A stretch of 64,000 nucleotides of DNA, taken from a bacterium. Lineage in GTDB: Bacteria > Patescibacteriota > Microgenomatia > UBA1406 > GWC2-37-13. A model generated the notes under the pieces. That model did not search any database and was not told where the DNA came from. It worked only from the letters and a program-made list of their open reading frames with translations. Position numbers and translations under genes: made by a program. Of the stretch, positions 35,506-46,152 are shown piece by piece; position 1 is the stretch's first letter, and the number at the start of each line of letters is the position of its first letter. The DNA lies in contig JAJYOJ010000002.1 in NCBI GenBank assembly GCA_021796235.1, positions 34,660 through 98,659 on the forward strand, in the 5' to 3' direction.

Positions 35506-36030
35506 ATGCCGTTTAATCAAATTCTCAAAGAACTTAAAAAAGTTTTTAGTCATGTCGAAGAAAAAGATGTAAAAATATTCATTCAAGAAATTATAGCTGC
35601 CAAGCGCGTTTATGTAGTTGGCGCAGGTCGTTCTGGTCTTATTGCCAAAAATCTGGCGATGCGTTTAGTCCGCGTGGGTAAAGATACATTTGTTGTCCAT
35701 GAAACGGTCAATCCCCAGATGAAAAAAGGTGACCTTTTAGTTGTAATATCGGGATCTGGGGAAACGAGCGATATTCTTGATGCTGCTAAGGTGGCGCGTG
35801 TCATGGGAGCGCGTGTTATAAGTTTAACTGCAGACAGCCAATCTCCAATTGTAAAAATTTCTCACACAACTATTGTCATTCCGAGTCAGATCCCCAAGCG
35901 TCTAGGTCAACACTATTATCTGCGCGAATTAATCGGGGTACCCGAACGCTCAGCGATAAAATCTCTTTTTGAAGTTTGTGCTCTAATTTTTGTCGAGGTA
36001 GCAACAAGTAGGATTAATGGAGAAAAATAA
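35506..36030 (+). CDS. SIS-domain protein, 6-phospho-3-hexuloisomerase-like
   Basis: VGAGRSGLIAKNLAMRLVRVG ... VISGSGETSD ... matches the PHI/SIS pattern. Confidence 0.65.
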   Translation: MPFNQILKELKKVFSHVEEKDVKIFIQEIIAAKRVYVVGAGRSGLIAKNLAMRLVRVGKDTFVVHETVNPQMKKGDLLVVISGSGETSDILDAAKVARVMGARVISLTADSQSPIVKISHTTIVIPSQIPKRLGQHYYLRELIGVPERSAIKSLFEVCALIFVEVATSRINGEK

Positions 36031-36034
36031 AAAA

Positions 36035-36283
36035 ATGGAAATAATAACTCATATTATTAACTTTCCCGCAGACTCGAGAGAGGCGAGAGTGCTGCACGGA
36101 GCTTCCGCCACAAGTTGTGATACATCTTTTGACACCTGCGGACAGTTTAAACTTTCAGGTCGGCAAGTTCTTAAAGATGTACTAGGTTCAACTAATTTTG
36201 ATAATATCGAAATTGGAAAATGTAAAATCACCGGATATGCATGTTTAGCCATGGCAAGAAAAGTTACAAGTTCCTTAAAATGA
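36035..36283 (+). CDS. Small Cys-containing protein (hypothetical)
   Basis: 82-aa ORF between the SIS gene and pyrE, with 4 Cys. No recognisable motif. Confidence 0.35.
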   Translation: MEIITHIINFPADSREARVLHGASATSCDTSFDTCGQFKLSGRQVLKDVLGSTNFDNIEIGKCKITGYACLAMARKVTSSLK

Positions 36284-36287
36284 AAAT

Positions 36288-36923
36288 ATGAAAAAAAATG
36301 TGGTTGATATTCTAAAACAAGCCGGTGCGATTATTACTAATGATCATATTGTTCTGGTTTCGGGCCGTCACTCAGACGCCTACATTAATCCTGACGCGCT
36401 ACTACCACATACTTTAGCCTGTTCTCAGGTCGGAAAATTATTTGCAGAGCTCTATAAAAATGCCAACATTGATGTTGTTGTAGGTCCAGCTTATGGAGGA
36501 ATTATTCTGTCTCAATGGGCCGCATATCATTTATCCGGGATAAAAAAGAAAGATATTCTGGGCCTCTTTACTGAAAAAACACCCGATAAAAACCAAATCT
36601 TTGAACGCGGTTTTGACAAACTTGTTAAAGGAAAAAGAGTTTTAGTAGTTGAAGATATCGGAACCACTGGTGGTTCAGTTAGAAAAAGCGTTGATCGGGT
36701 TAAAGCAGCTGGTGGAAAAGTTGTTGCCGTTAGTATAATGGTTAACCGTGATACAAAATTAGTGACATCCAAAGCAGTCGGTGGACCTTTGAAATCTCTT
36801 GCAACCTTTAAAATAGCTTCCTATGAAGAAAAAGATTGCCCTTTGTGTAAAAAAAATATTCCGGTAAATCCCAACTTAGGACACGGAAAAGAATTTTTAG
36901 AGTCCAGACGAAGAAAATTATGA
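36288..36923 (+). CDS. pyrE: Orotate phosphoribosyltransferase
   Basis: PRPP motif VLVVEDIGTTGGS; context between pyrD and pyrF. Confidence 0.8.
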   Translation: MKKNVVDILKQAGAIITNDHIVLVSGRHSDAYINPDALLPHTLACSQVGKLFAELYKNANIDVVVGPAYGGIILSQWAAYHLSGIKKKDILGLFTEKTPDKNQIFERGFDKLVKGKRVLVVEDIGTTGGSVRKSVDRVKAAGGKVVAVSIMVNRDTKLVTSKAVGGPLKSLATFKIASYEEKDCPLCKKNIPVNPNLGHGKEFLESRRRKL

Positions 36924-37720
36924 CTTTTCAGCAAAAACTCGACAAAATCGTAAAAAAAAACAATTCTTTGGTTTGTGTTGGACTGGATTCTGATATTGAT
37001 AAGATTCCGGAAAAAATTCGAAACGGTGAACATTCACAAACTACATTCAACAAGACGATTATTGATTCTACCCACGATCTGGTTTGTACCTACAAACCAA
37101 ATACAGCCTTTTATGAACAACGGGGTAAGGGAGGAATTGAGGCTTTGAAGATGACCTGTGATTATATCAGGGAAAAATATCCGGAAATCGTTATTATTAT
37201 TGATGCTAAACGGGGCGATATTGGAAATACTAACGAAGGTTATACCAAATTTATTTTCGATTATTTGGGTGCTGATGCAGTTACACTTCATCCATATTTG
37301 GGAAAAGAAGCTTTGGCGCCATTTTTTGAACGGAAAGATAAAGGCTGCATCATACTTTGCCGGACATCCAACAAAGGAGCGGGGGAATTCCAGGATTTAA
37401 TAATAAACGGCAAAGAACTTTACAAAATTGTTGCAAATCGGGTTGTCAAAGACTGGAACTTCAATAATAACTGTTTTTTGGTCGTTGGTGCGACATTCCC
37501 TAAAGAGTTGAAAGAAGTTAGAAAAATTGCTGGCGACATGACGTTTTTAGTTCCGGGAATTGGGACACAGGGAGGGGACGTTGAAACAACCGTCAGAGCA
37601 GGGCTTAACTCTAAAGGGGCAGGAATGATTATCAACTCGGCCCGAGGAATTATTTTTAGCGCTAATCCGAGAGTTGAGGCGAAAAAACTGCGTGATGCGA
37701 TCAATAAATATCGTATATAA
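36920..37720 (+). CDS. pyrF: Orotidine 5'-phosphate decarboxylase (type 2)
   Basis: VCVGLDSD, IIIDAKRGDIGNT and LVPGIGTQGG motifs. Confidence 0.85.
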   Translation: MTFQQKLDKIVKKNNSLVCVGLDSDIDKIPEKIRNGEHSQTTFNKTIIDSTHDLVCTYKPNTAFYEQRGKGGIEALKMTCDYIREKYPEIVIIIDAKRGDIGNTNEGYTKFIFDYLGADAVTLHPYLGKEALAPFFERKDKGCIILCRTSNKGAGEFQDLIINGKELYKIVANRVVKDWNFNNNCFLVVGATFPKELKEVRKIAGDMTFLVPGIGTQGGDVETTVRAGLNSKGAGMIINSARGIIFSANPRVEAKKLRDAINKYRI

Positions 37721-37729
37721 TAGTGTCTT

Positions 37730-39190
37730 ATGCAAAAACAACTTCTAGAGATTCTTTCTCTTATTCCGAAAGTCCAGTATGCCGACCTGCGAATTGTCGA
37801 AAAGAAAAACCAGAATATCGAAACGAAAGACGGTGTAGTTGAGGCTTTGGCGTCATCTACAAGTTTAGGATATGGAGTTAGGGTTTTGGTCACCGGCGCT
37901 TGGGGATTTGCTGCTTCCTACGACTTTTCCAGATCCGGAATTGAAAGGACTATTAAAAAAGCTGTTTCTATTGCTAAAGAATCGGCCAGATTTAAAACAA
38001 AAAATGTAGTTTTAACCAAACAAAAACCAATAAAGGCATCGTATAAAACTCCGGTAAAAGAAGATCCGTTTAATGTTCCAATTAAAGACAAAATAAAATT
38101 ATTATTGGAAGCAGATCGGGCCCAGCGGGTAAGCCCCGAGATCGTTATTTCCCAGTCCTTTTTTTCTGCCAACTCGGAAAAGAAATGGTTTGCCTCGACC
38201 GAAGGGTCGATTATTGACCAGGAAATTATTTGGACAGGAATAGGTATAGAGGCTTCTGCAGCAGGCAATAGCGACTTTCAAAATCGAAGCTACCCAAACT
38301 CATTCCGAGGTCAAAATCAAACGAGAGGTTATGAACTTGTTAGGGAATTGAAATTGATTGAAAATGCCCCAAAAATTGGCGAAGAGGCGGTAAAACTTTT
38401 GCGGGCAGACCTTTGTCCAACAGGCGATTTTGACATTATTTTAGACGGTAATCAGGTAGCTTTGCAGATTCACGAAAGTTGCGGACATGCCTCCGAATTG
38501 GATCGAGTTTTCGGTTATGAAGCCTCTTATGCCGGTACGAGTTTTTTGACCGCTGAAAAATTAGCAAATTTTCAATACGGTTCAAAAGCTGTAAATATAA
38601 CAGCCGACGCGACAATCCCGGGCGGATTGGGAACGTTTGGCTATGATGATGAAGGAGTAGCTGCGGAGCGTACATTTCTTGTTAAAAACGGGTTATTTTC
38701 CGACTATCTGACCTCAAGAGAAACGGCAACTGAGCTTGGGGAAATTCATCCCGGATACAAAAAAGGAAGCACAGGTGCGATGCGGGCTTCATCTTGGGAT
38801 AGAATTCCTCTTATTAGAATGACCAATGTGAATCTGGAGCCTGGAAATTGGAAGCTGGCTGATTTGATTGCCGATACGAAATATGGAATCTTTATGTCAA
38901 CCAATCGTTCCTGGAGTATTGATGACCGCCGTTATAACTTTCAATTTGGTACAGAAATCGGCTGGGAGATAAAAAATGGCAAACTGGGGAAAATGCTTAA
39001 AAACCCTACTTATCAAGGAATAACGCCCGAATTCTGGAACAGATGTGACGCGGTTTGTGATAAAAGTCACTGGGAAGTTTGGGGAACGCCGAACTGCGGC
39101 AAAGGCCAACCTCAACAGGTTATGTATACAGGCCACGGAGCGAGTCCTACAAGGTTTAGGAAAATAAAAGTTGGAGTAGTCAGATGGTAG
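37730..39190 (+). CDS. tldD: TldD-family metalloprotease
   Basis: The HESCGH motif, GTSF, and a C-terminal Gly-rich beta domain are typical of TldD/PmbA. Confidence 0.8.
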   Translation: MQKQLLEILSLIPKVQYADLRIVEKKNQNIETKDGVVEALASSTSLGYGVRVLVTGAWGFAASYDFSRSGIERTIKKAVSIAKESARFKTKNVVLTKQKPIKASYKTPVKEDPFNVPIKDKIKLLLEADRAQRVSPEIVISQSFFSANSEKKWFASTEGSIIDQEIIWTGIGIEASAAGNSDFQNRSYPNSFRGQNQTRGYELVRELKLIENAPKIGEEAVKLLRADLCPTGDFDIILDGNQVALQIHESCGHASELDRVFGYEASYAGTSFLTAEKLANFQYGSKAVNITADATIPGGLGTFGYDDEGVAAERTFLVKNGLFSDYLTSRETATELGEIHPGYKKGSTGAMRASSWDRIPLIRMTNVNLEPGNWKLADLIADTKYGIFMSTNRSWSIDDRRYNFQFGTEIGWEIKNGKLGKMLKNPTYQGITPEFWNRCDAVCDKSHWEVWGTPNCGKGQPQQVMYTGHGASPTRFRKIKVGVVRW

Positions 39191-40521
39191 GAGAACAAAA
39201 ACTCAAACAAATAGCTAAAGACGTTTTAGCCTTATCAAAGGGAGACGAAACGGAAGTTATTTTAATGGTTTCTGAAAATGCTTTGACGCGTTTTGCCAAT
39301 TCCCAGATTCATCAGAATATGGAATGGGAAGATCTGGGCATATCTGTACGCGTTATTTTAGGCAAGCGAATCGGCGTTGCGTCGGGAAATAATTTTGCAA
39401 AAAAAGCCCTGGAAGATATAGTCGAGAGAGCCACAGAGCTTGCGAAACTACAAAAAGAAGACTTACATTTTCAAGGGTTGCCTAAGCCGCAAAAAATTCC
39501 AAGACTGAAGGAGCGAGTCTATCGTTCTTCGGAAAAATTACGGGCCGAAGTTGTCAACGCAGTAATTCAGCAGGCCAAGAAAAAAAATATTATTGCCTCC
39601 GGCGCATTTAGTTGTCCGATTACAGAAATCGCCGTAGCCAATTCCCATGGCATTTTTGCTTATCATAGCAGTAGTGCGGCCGATTTGTCGACTATTATGT
39701 TGGGCGTGACGTCAACCGGATTTGCTTCAGACGTCGGTCCAGATCCAAAAAAAATTAATCCGGAAAAGGTTGCAGACACAGCTCTCAATAAAGTAATAAA
39801 AGGGGAGAACCCGATCGATGTCGCGCCGGGAGACTGGGATGTTATTCTTGAACCGCAGGCAGTTTCCGAACTCATGGCGTTTTTTTCCTGGCTTGGGCCC
39901 AATGCGCGCATATATTATGAACAGGCAAGTTGCTTATCGGGAAAACTGGGGAAAAAAGTCTTTGGCGAAAATGTTTCAATAATTGACGACCCTCTAAACC
40001 AGGATTCGATGCCGCTCCCATTCGATTTTGAGGGTGTGCCAAAAAAACGATTAGAGATAATTAAAAACGGCGTTTTGAAAAACTTAGTCTACGACTCATA
40101 TTATGCCAACCGCTATAAACAAAAAAATACCGGTCACGCTTTGCCCGCTCCAAATACCGCAGGTCCGATCCCAATTCATCTCACAATGACTCCAGGTAAA
40201 AAATCCATAAAAGACATTATTGCCCGTACGAAGAAAGGCCTTTTAGTAAGCAGATTATGGTATGTACGGGTTTTAAATACCAAGCAGTTGTCTTTGACCG
40301 GAATGACCAGAGACGGAACATTTTTAATTGAAAATGGCAAACTGCTGGCCGGGGTAAAAAATCTGCGCTTCAACCAAAGCATTCCCGAGACATTTAACAA
40401 TGTTTTGGAGGTCAGTCGGCAGATCGAACCGGTAGCCAGTTTTGAGGCAGAACTCGGTATTTCCCGTATGCCATACCTTAAAATCAAAAACTGGCATTTT
40501 TCCAGCGGTACCCTCTTTTAG
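39184..40521 (+). CDS. pmbA: PmbA/TldE-family protein (partner of TldD)
   Basis: Paralogous fold without HExxxH. Overlaps tldD by 7 nt. Confidence 0.75.
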   Translation: MVGEQKLKQIAKDVLALSKGDETEVILMVSENALTRFANSQIHQNMEWEDLGISVRVILGKRIGVASGNNFAKKALEDIVERATELAKLQKEDLHFQGLPKPQKIPRLKERVYRSSEKLRAEVVNAVIQQAKKKNIIASGAFSCPITEIAVANSHGIFAYHSSSAADLSTIMLGVTSTGFASDVGPDPKKINPEKVADTALNKVIKGENPIDVAPGDWDVILEPQAVSELMAFFSWLGPNARIYYEQASCLSGKLGKKVFGENVSIIDDPLNQDSMPLPFDFEGVPKKRLEIIKNGVLKNLVYDSYYANRYKQKNTGHALPAPNTAGPIPIHLTMTPGKKSIKDIIARTKKGLLVSRLWYVRVLNTKQLSLTGMTRDGTFLIENGKLLAGVKNLRFNQSIPETFNNVLEVSRQIEPVASFEAELGISRMPYLKIKNWHFSSGTLF

Positions 40522-40565
40522 AGTGACTATTGATTTTCTTTAATTTTTTTATAAAATAAGTCATA

Positions 40566-41579
40566 TTGCGAAATCTTACTAGAGCTAATAAATTAATTGG
40601 AAATATTGCTAAAAAGCATAAAGAGATTACTCCTATCTCCCTAAAAGATATCTCGCTCTTCGAAAAATTTTTTAAAAAAGAACCGCATACGTATGGCAAT
40701 TCTTGGACTTATGTAACCCAAGGTATGTATGGAATAGGACCATACGGTTTGGGTTATAAATATTATGACGGTAAAAATCTTTCCGCAGTCTGCGTTTATC
40801 CAAAGTTAGAGCACCCTAATATATTTTGTTTTTATTGGGTAAGACCGATGGGGAATCAAATCCTAAATATTATTGATGAATTTTCCAAAGATTTGTTAAA
40901 AACAAAATCTATGCCAACCTATGTAAAAAAAATCTTTAAAGAACAATTTTTATTTCTTAAAAAAAAAGGTTTTAAAGATCCAGCAAAGTTTCCTTGGTAT
41001 TCTAAATGCCCTTTGGAAGACGATTCGTTACCCGAATTAATTGTTGATATTGATCTATTATTGAAAGAAATTAGTACTAATAAAAAAAGTAAGAGATTGA
41101 AAAGGATTATGAAGAATTATTTATCATTTCCATTAGAACATGAGGTGAAAATTCGAGATATAAATAAGACAAATTCAAAGAAAATATGGAAAGCAACGAT
41201 TGATTTTTTTGTATATAGAAAAGAGAACCCGAATGAGTATATGATTTCAAGAGAATACGATTTCTATAACATGATTTTCTATCCCTGCAGAAACAGATTA
41301 AGAATGGCTAAAGAAATAATAATAGGTAAAGAAACAGTTGGTTTTTATAGCGCTGAGATTCAATCAGATAAAACCGCAGGAATATATGGTGTAATTTTAC
41401 ATAGGTATAAATATAAAAATTTAACAGAATACGCTATGATTGATGCTTTTCTTAATCTTAAGAAAAAGGGAGTTAAGTATATAAATCTAGGTGGATCAGA
41501 ATACCAAGGAGTTGAAGATGCAAAACTTAAATATCATCCTTCTATTATTCAACCAATGTATTGGGCGTGTTTATATTAG
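40566..41579 (+). CDS. DUF2156-like (lysyl-PG synthase C-terminal domain-like, GNAT fold) protein
   Basis: Weak pattern match only: ...LFEKFFKKEPHTYGNSWTYVTQ... The size is about 337 aa. Confidence 0.35.
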   Translation: MRNLTRANKLIGNIAKKHKEITPISLKDISLFEKFFKKEPHTYGNSWTYVTQGMYGIGPYGLGYKYYDGKNLSAVCVYPKLEHPNIFCFYWVRPMGNQILNIIDEFSKDLLKTKSMPTYVKKIFKEQFLFLKKKGFKDPAKFPWYSKCPLEDDSLPELIVDIDLLLKEISTNKKSKRLKRIMKNYLSFPLEHEVKIRDINKTNSKKIWKATIDFFVYRKENPNEYMISREYDFYNMIFYPCRNRLRMAKEIIIGKETVGFYSAEIQSDKTAGIYGVILHRYKYKNLTEYAMIDAFLNLKKKGVKYINLGGSEYQGVEDAKLKYHPSIIQPMYWACLY

Positions 41580-41582
41580 ATC

Positions 41583-42338
41583 TTAAGAAAGAAGATTCCA
41601 CAATAAATCAAATATGGACTTAAGTCCTTCAAACAAAGTTGGATTAGTGATACTCACTCCGAGTGGTTCATGTTGTTTATAATCGATAAGAGCGACAGTA
41701 TTTTTGAACAACATAAAATCCATCTTTGAAACGTGGGTATTTTTAGGTAGTCGTTTACTATGATAATAATTTGTATTTAATGTTTGTAAATATGTATGCT
41801 TTTCGCTATCTTTATCTAATATTTCCCACATTTTTAAACCTTTTTTTATCGAATCGCTGAATTTTCTTTCATTTTCTGGAAATGTTGAAAGCACCTCATC
41901 AATATTAACAATTGACCAAAGTTTTTTTGTCTTAGAGGTTTCATCGTAGAGCCTTTGCAATTGTTTTTTTCCTTGGTAATACTTAATTTCCATAGTTCCT
42001 TTTGATTGTTGAGTACGTGCTGTTTTTTGTAGCATGTTGAGAATTTCAGAATAGCCCTGTTTAAGATTTTTGATATCGTATTCTTTTTTTTCCACAAGAT
42101 AATATAAATATCTTGGTTCCTCGGGAATAATCTGCCGGCGCGATCCTTTTATACTTTGAATAACTAATCCTTTTTTGATAAGACTTTCGATATTGAAATG
42201 CGTTGTTATCCGCTTAATGCCGGTATGTTCGGAAAGATCCATAACCGTTGTAGGTCCGGTTTCCAAGAGTCCTTCATAGAGTAGAGCCTCTATTTCCGTA
42301 AGACCGAGCTCTTGTAGGTAGTCGGTGACTTTCTTCAT
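41583..42338 (-). CDS. TrmB-family transcriptional regulator
   Basis: N-terminal wHTH: LGLTEIEALLYEGLLETGPTTVMDLSEHTGIKRITTHFNIESLIKKGLV. Confidence 0.75.
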   Translation of the reverse strand: MKKVTDYLQELGLTEIEALLYEGLLETGPTTVMDLSEHTGIKRITTHFNIESLIKKGLVIQSIKGSRRQIIPEEPRYLYYLVEKKEYDIKNLKQGYSEILNMLQKTARTQQSKGTMEIKYYQGKKQLQRLYDETSKTKKLWSIVNIDEVLSTFPENERKFSDSIKKGLKMWEILDKDSEKHTYLQTLNTNYYHSKRLPKNTHVSKMDFMLFKNTVALIDYKQHEPLGVSITNPTLFEGLKSIFDLLWNLLS

Positions 42339-42526
42339 AATTCGACTAGATTATACCAAAAATTTTGTTGTATGATGGAAACTGTTAAATTTGTATAACA
42401 TGTTTTCTAGGTTCGACAGAGTCAAAGTGTTTTTGTTAATTGACATGTTGTTTGATTAAAACAACAACCGCCTTGACAAGAATTTGCTAAAGAAGGATAA
42501 TATATCTGGCTGAAGTTAAATAAGAG

Positions 42527-42555
42527 TTGACAGACGTAAAGATTAAGTTTATTAT
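42527..42555 (+). promoter_or_regulatory. Sigma70-type promoter upstream of the CBS-domain gene
   Basis: TTGACA (42527-42532), a 17-bp spacer, then TATTAT (42550-42555), overlapping TATAAT. Confidence 0.6.
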
Positions 42556-42595
42556 AATTTTTACCAACAGAATTGCATAATATTTTGTTGATATT

Positions 42596-43663
42596 ATGAC
42601 AAAAACGGATAGTTTTATTAAAAATGATGTTCTTAAGCTTAATACTCAAGAAACGCTGCCGTCCGCCCTGTCAAAATTAAGCACTTCGCATGATGCTGGT
42701 TTTGTTTTTTCCGATAATAATGAATTTATGGGAGTAATAAACCCCTATTATTGCTTAATAAAATCTTCCTATCCGAGTAATGCGAAAGTCGAGCATTGTC
42801 TTTACCATCCTCCGCACGTGCATGCTTCAGATTCGATCACGAGGATTGCCAGATACTTTATAGACACTAAAATTCATTATCTTCCCGTATTTGACAATCA
42901 GGAGAAATTTCTCGGTATTGTTTCAGCTCGTCACATAATTTCATTATTTAAGGATTATTCCGTTTTTAAGGTCAAGATACAAGAAGTGTTACAGATGAAG
43001 AATAAAGCTTTGATAACGATATTTGAAGACGACCCAATCAATCACGCAATAAACATATTTAAGAAAGAAAAGATTTCAAAACTGGTCGTGGTCGGAAAGT
43101 CCCTCAAATTAAAGGGAATTCTCAGTTATTATGACCTTATTTCCTATCTATCCAGACCAAAAGATTCGCAGCATCGGGGAGAAAGGGAAGGGAATAAAGT
43201 AAGTTTTTTCCATCTTAAGGTCAAGAATTTTCAGAAAAATTATGTGCTTACTTTGACTCCAGATAACCTAGTTTCGGATGCTATGGACTTGATAATAGAA
43301 AAAAAAATTGGGAGCGTTGTCATAGTGAACGAAGAGCGTTATCCGATTGGAATTATAACTACCAAAGACCTCCTCCGTTTTTTTATTTCCAAGAATATCG
43401 GAAAGCGAATTGAGGTCGTGAGTCAAAACCTTACACCGGAAAACCGCCGCACCTTGGGCGGTTTTTTTGATGGGCTGTCAGCCTGGGTCAAAAAAGTTCC
43501 CGATGTTAATGGCGCCCGTCTTTTTGTGAAAGAAGAGAAGGGAGGAAACCTATTCAAAGTAGTTTTATCCTTATTTTTCAATCACGGTCAACCTACCGTC
43601 ATTGAAAGAGAAGGAAGAGATCTTCGTTTTGTCCTCAAAGATGTTGAGAAAAAAAAGAATTGA
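42596..43663 (+). CDS. CBS-domain protein
   Basis: Repeated CBS-like segments, e.g. IHYLPVFDNQEKFLGIVSARHII and GSVVIVNEERYPIGIITTKDLL. Confidence 0.65.
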   Translation: MTKTDSFIKNDVLKLNTQETLPSALSKLSTSHDAGFVFSDNNEFMGVINPYYCLIKSSYPSNAKVEHCLYHPPHVHASDSITRIARYFIDTKIHYLPVFDNQEKFLGIVSARHIISLFKDYSVFKVKIQEVLQMKNKALITIFEDDPINHAINIFKKEKISKLVVVGKSLKLKGILSYYDLISYLSRPKDSQHRGEREGNKVSFFHLKVKNFQKNYVLTLTPDNLVSDAMDLIIEKKIGSVVIVNEERYPIGIITTKDLLRFFISKNIGKRIEVVSQNLTPENRRTLGGFFDGLSAWVKKVPDVNGARLFVKEEKGGNLFKVVLSLFFNHGQPTVIEREGRDLRFVLKDVEKKKN

Positions 43664-43679
43664 TATAATTTCATAATGT

Positions 43680-45353
43680 ATGAAGTTTAAAAAACTCCTG
43701 TTTCTTGCAATATTATTACTAGCTTATCTTTTTCGCTTCAATAATCTGAACTGGGATTCCAATTTTCACCTCCAGCCAGACGAGAGATTTTTAACCATGA
43801 TAGGGTTGGCGGCTAAAATACCAACCAATCTCAGCAATTATTTTAATTCTGGAGTATCCTCACTAAATCCCAGCAATATCGGATTCAAATTTTTTGTCTA
43901 TGGAATATTGCCAATCACTTTTACCAAAGTTGTCTCAATTATTACAAATCAGCAGACCTATGATCAATTTACGTTGCTTGGAAGACAGCTTTCGGCATTC
44001 AGCGATGTTTTAGTTCTTATCGTGGTTTACAAAATAGTAGAGATATTTGAAATAAAGTTAAAGCTTAATAAATCAGTCAAATTTTGGGCAAGTTTTTTTT
44101 ACGCCGTTTCGGTTCTTCCAATACAGTTATCGCACTTTTTTACTACGGATTCATTTCTAAATTTTTTTTTGCTGCTATCCTTTTATTTTTCGTTAAGATA
44201 TTGGGAGAAAAGACGAGATAAAAACCTATTCTTAAGTGCAGTTTTCTTTGCCTTAGCTCTTGCAACAAAGCTTAACGCAGTTTTTATTTTGCCTCTTAAT
44301 CTTTATTTTATTTTGATTAATTCAACTAAAGAAAAGAAATGGAATTTTTTAATTCGAAACCTAGTTGCTTACGGGTTGGTATCTTTTATTACGTTATTTA
44401 TTGCCGATCCATATTATTTTTCCCAAGATTTCATAAATAGCATTAAAGAATTAGTCTCGTTTGACAATCCAAATATCTGGTATCCGCCCGGCGTACAATG
44501 GATTCATAAAACACCAGTTCTCTTTAGTCTGATCAATCTTGCAGTCTTCGGAGTTGGAATACCTTACTTCATTTATATAATTCTAGGAATAATAAAAATA
44601 ATTAAAAATTTTAAATTAAAAATTAAAAATTTAACCTTGCCTATTATCTTAGTTTGGATGGCCCTTTTTTTCCTTTATCAATCGACTGTTTATGTTAAGA
44701 CAGTCCGCTATTTTATTTTCCTCTATCCGTTTTTAGCAATTTTTGCAGCTTTTGGTGTTGTTACATTATTAAAATTTTTTAAAGACAATTTTTTTATTAA
44801 AGTTGCGATTGTCATTTCACTTCTGATCTGGCCGGTTATGTTTTCTTCCATATATTTACATGAGCATACAAGAGTTACGGCATCTAAATGGATTTATCAA
44901 AATTTACCAGATAACAGTTTGATCTTAAGCGAATCCTGGGACGATGCTTTGCCATTGCCGGTAGACAATATTTATAACAAGAGGTTTACTATAGAAGCTC
45001 TTCCGGTTTTTGATCAAGACACCCAAGAAAAATGGGAGGTCATGAATCTGATGCTGAAAACTGCTGATTATTACGTCTTATCATCCAATAGGGGATGGGG
45101 GAGTATTCCTACGGCGCCGGAAAAATATCCATTAATGAGCAAGTTTTATAATGACTTACTGGCCAATAAAACACCTTACAAGAAGATTGCGGAATTTACA
45201 TCTTATCCCCAATTTAAAGTTTTCAATTTTCAGTTTAATTTTAATGATGACTGGGCAGAAGAAGCATTCACTGTTTATGATCACCCGAAGGTAATGGTTT
45301 TTGCGAAGCAAAAATTTGTCTTACTTAAAACAGAGGGAAGAACTGAAAAATAA
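43680..45353 (+). CDS. GT-C fold glycosyltransferase (ArnT/PMT family 39-like)
   Basis: Polytopic membrane protein with an early loop containing PDERF, and a soluble C-terminal domain. Confidence 0.55.
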   Translation: MKFKKLLFLAILLLAYLFRFNNLNWDSNFHLQPDERFLTMIGLAAKIPTNLSNYFNSGVSSLNPSNIGFKFFVYGILPITFTKVVSIITNQQTYDQFTLLGRQLSAFSDVLVLIVVYKIVEIFEIKLKLNKSVKFWASFFYAVSVLPIQLSHFFTTDSFLNFFLLLSFYFSLRYWEKRRDKNLFLSAVFFALALATKLNAVFILPLNLYFILINSTKEKKWNFLIRNLVAYGLVSFITLFIADPYYFSQDFINSIKELVSFDNPNIWYPPGVQWIHKTPVLFSLINLAVFGVGIPYFIYIILGIIKIIKNFKLKIKNLTLPIILVWMALFFLYQSTVYVKTVRYFIFLYPFLAIFAAFGVVTLLKFFKDNFFIKVAIVISLLIWPVMFSSIYLHEHTRVTASKWIYQNLPDNSLILSESWDDALPLPVDNIYNKRFTIEALPVFDQDTQEKWEVMNLMLKTADYYVLSSNRGWGSIPTAPEKYPLMSKFYNDLLANKTPYKKIAEFTSYPQFKVFNFQFNFNDDWAEEAFTVYDHPKVMVFAKQKFVLLKTEGRTEK

Positions 45354-45378
45354 TAAGATAAAGCTGAACCTCTCATAT

Positions 45379-46152
45379 TTATCGATTTTTCTGCAAGTAG
45401 AAAAAAAGCGATGCAGACTCTGCTGCCGGCACATTTTGCTTAGTTATTTCATTTATTTTAGCAACAAAGAGGTCATTCGACCAAAATTTCGGAAGCAAAA
45501 CCCATTTACGCAATAAGATATAACTGACTAGGGAATATGCGGACAGATAGTGAGAAAGATCAAGGAGTTGCGAATTTTGTTTTGCTAGATATCCGACTTC
45601 CTTAATTACACGAAAACCTGATCCTTTAAATAACTTTTTCCAGTTATTTTGCGATAAAAGGTGATAGTGTTTTTGTTTTTGACGCAAAAAGTTGAGATAT
45701 CGTTTCCCAAAGAGTTTTCTGCCAACCAGGTAATCTTCCCATTTGTCGGTCATAACAGTTGTAAGCAATGTGCCGCGTGGTTTGAGGATTCTCGCGATTT
45801 CTTTAAGCGAATTGTTAATATTAGGCACATGTTCGAATACAGAATTAGAAATGACAGAATTGACGCTACAAGTTGGAAGCGGTAAAACCGAACCGTCGTA
45901 TCTTATTATTTTTTTGTAACAATTAAGCTTTTCAGCTTGCCTGAGACGTCTTTCATCTTCAAGATCAACTCCGAAATCCAAGGTTTTTTTAAAACAGGAA
46001 CGACTAAAAAAGCCATCGCCACAGCCAAAGTCAAGTATTGGCGGTTTTAAATACCGACTATATTTATGCATCAAATAGGCTTCTTGAGGTCTGATAAAGG
46101 AAAAAAAAAGAGGACGGTTTCCAAGATATTTTTTAATGTAATATTTCAGCAT
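45379..46152 (-). CDS. Class I SAM-dependent methyltransferase
   Basis: Motif I is ILDFGCGDGFF. Confidence 0.75.
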   Translation of the reverse strand: MLKYYIKKYLGNRPLFFSFIRPQEAYLMHKYSRYLKPPILDFGCGDGFFSRSCFKKTLDFGVDLEDERRLRQAEKLNCYKKIIRYDGSVLPLPTCSVNSVISNSVFEHVPNINNSLKEIARILKPRGTLLTTVMTDKWEDYLVGRKLFGKRYLNFLRQKQKHYHLLSQNNWKKLFKGSGFRVIKEVGYLAKQNSQLLDLSHYLSAYSLVSYILLRKWVLLPKFWSNDLFVAKINEITKQNVPAAESASLFFYLQKNR

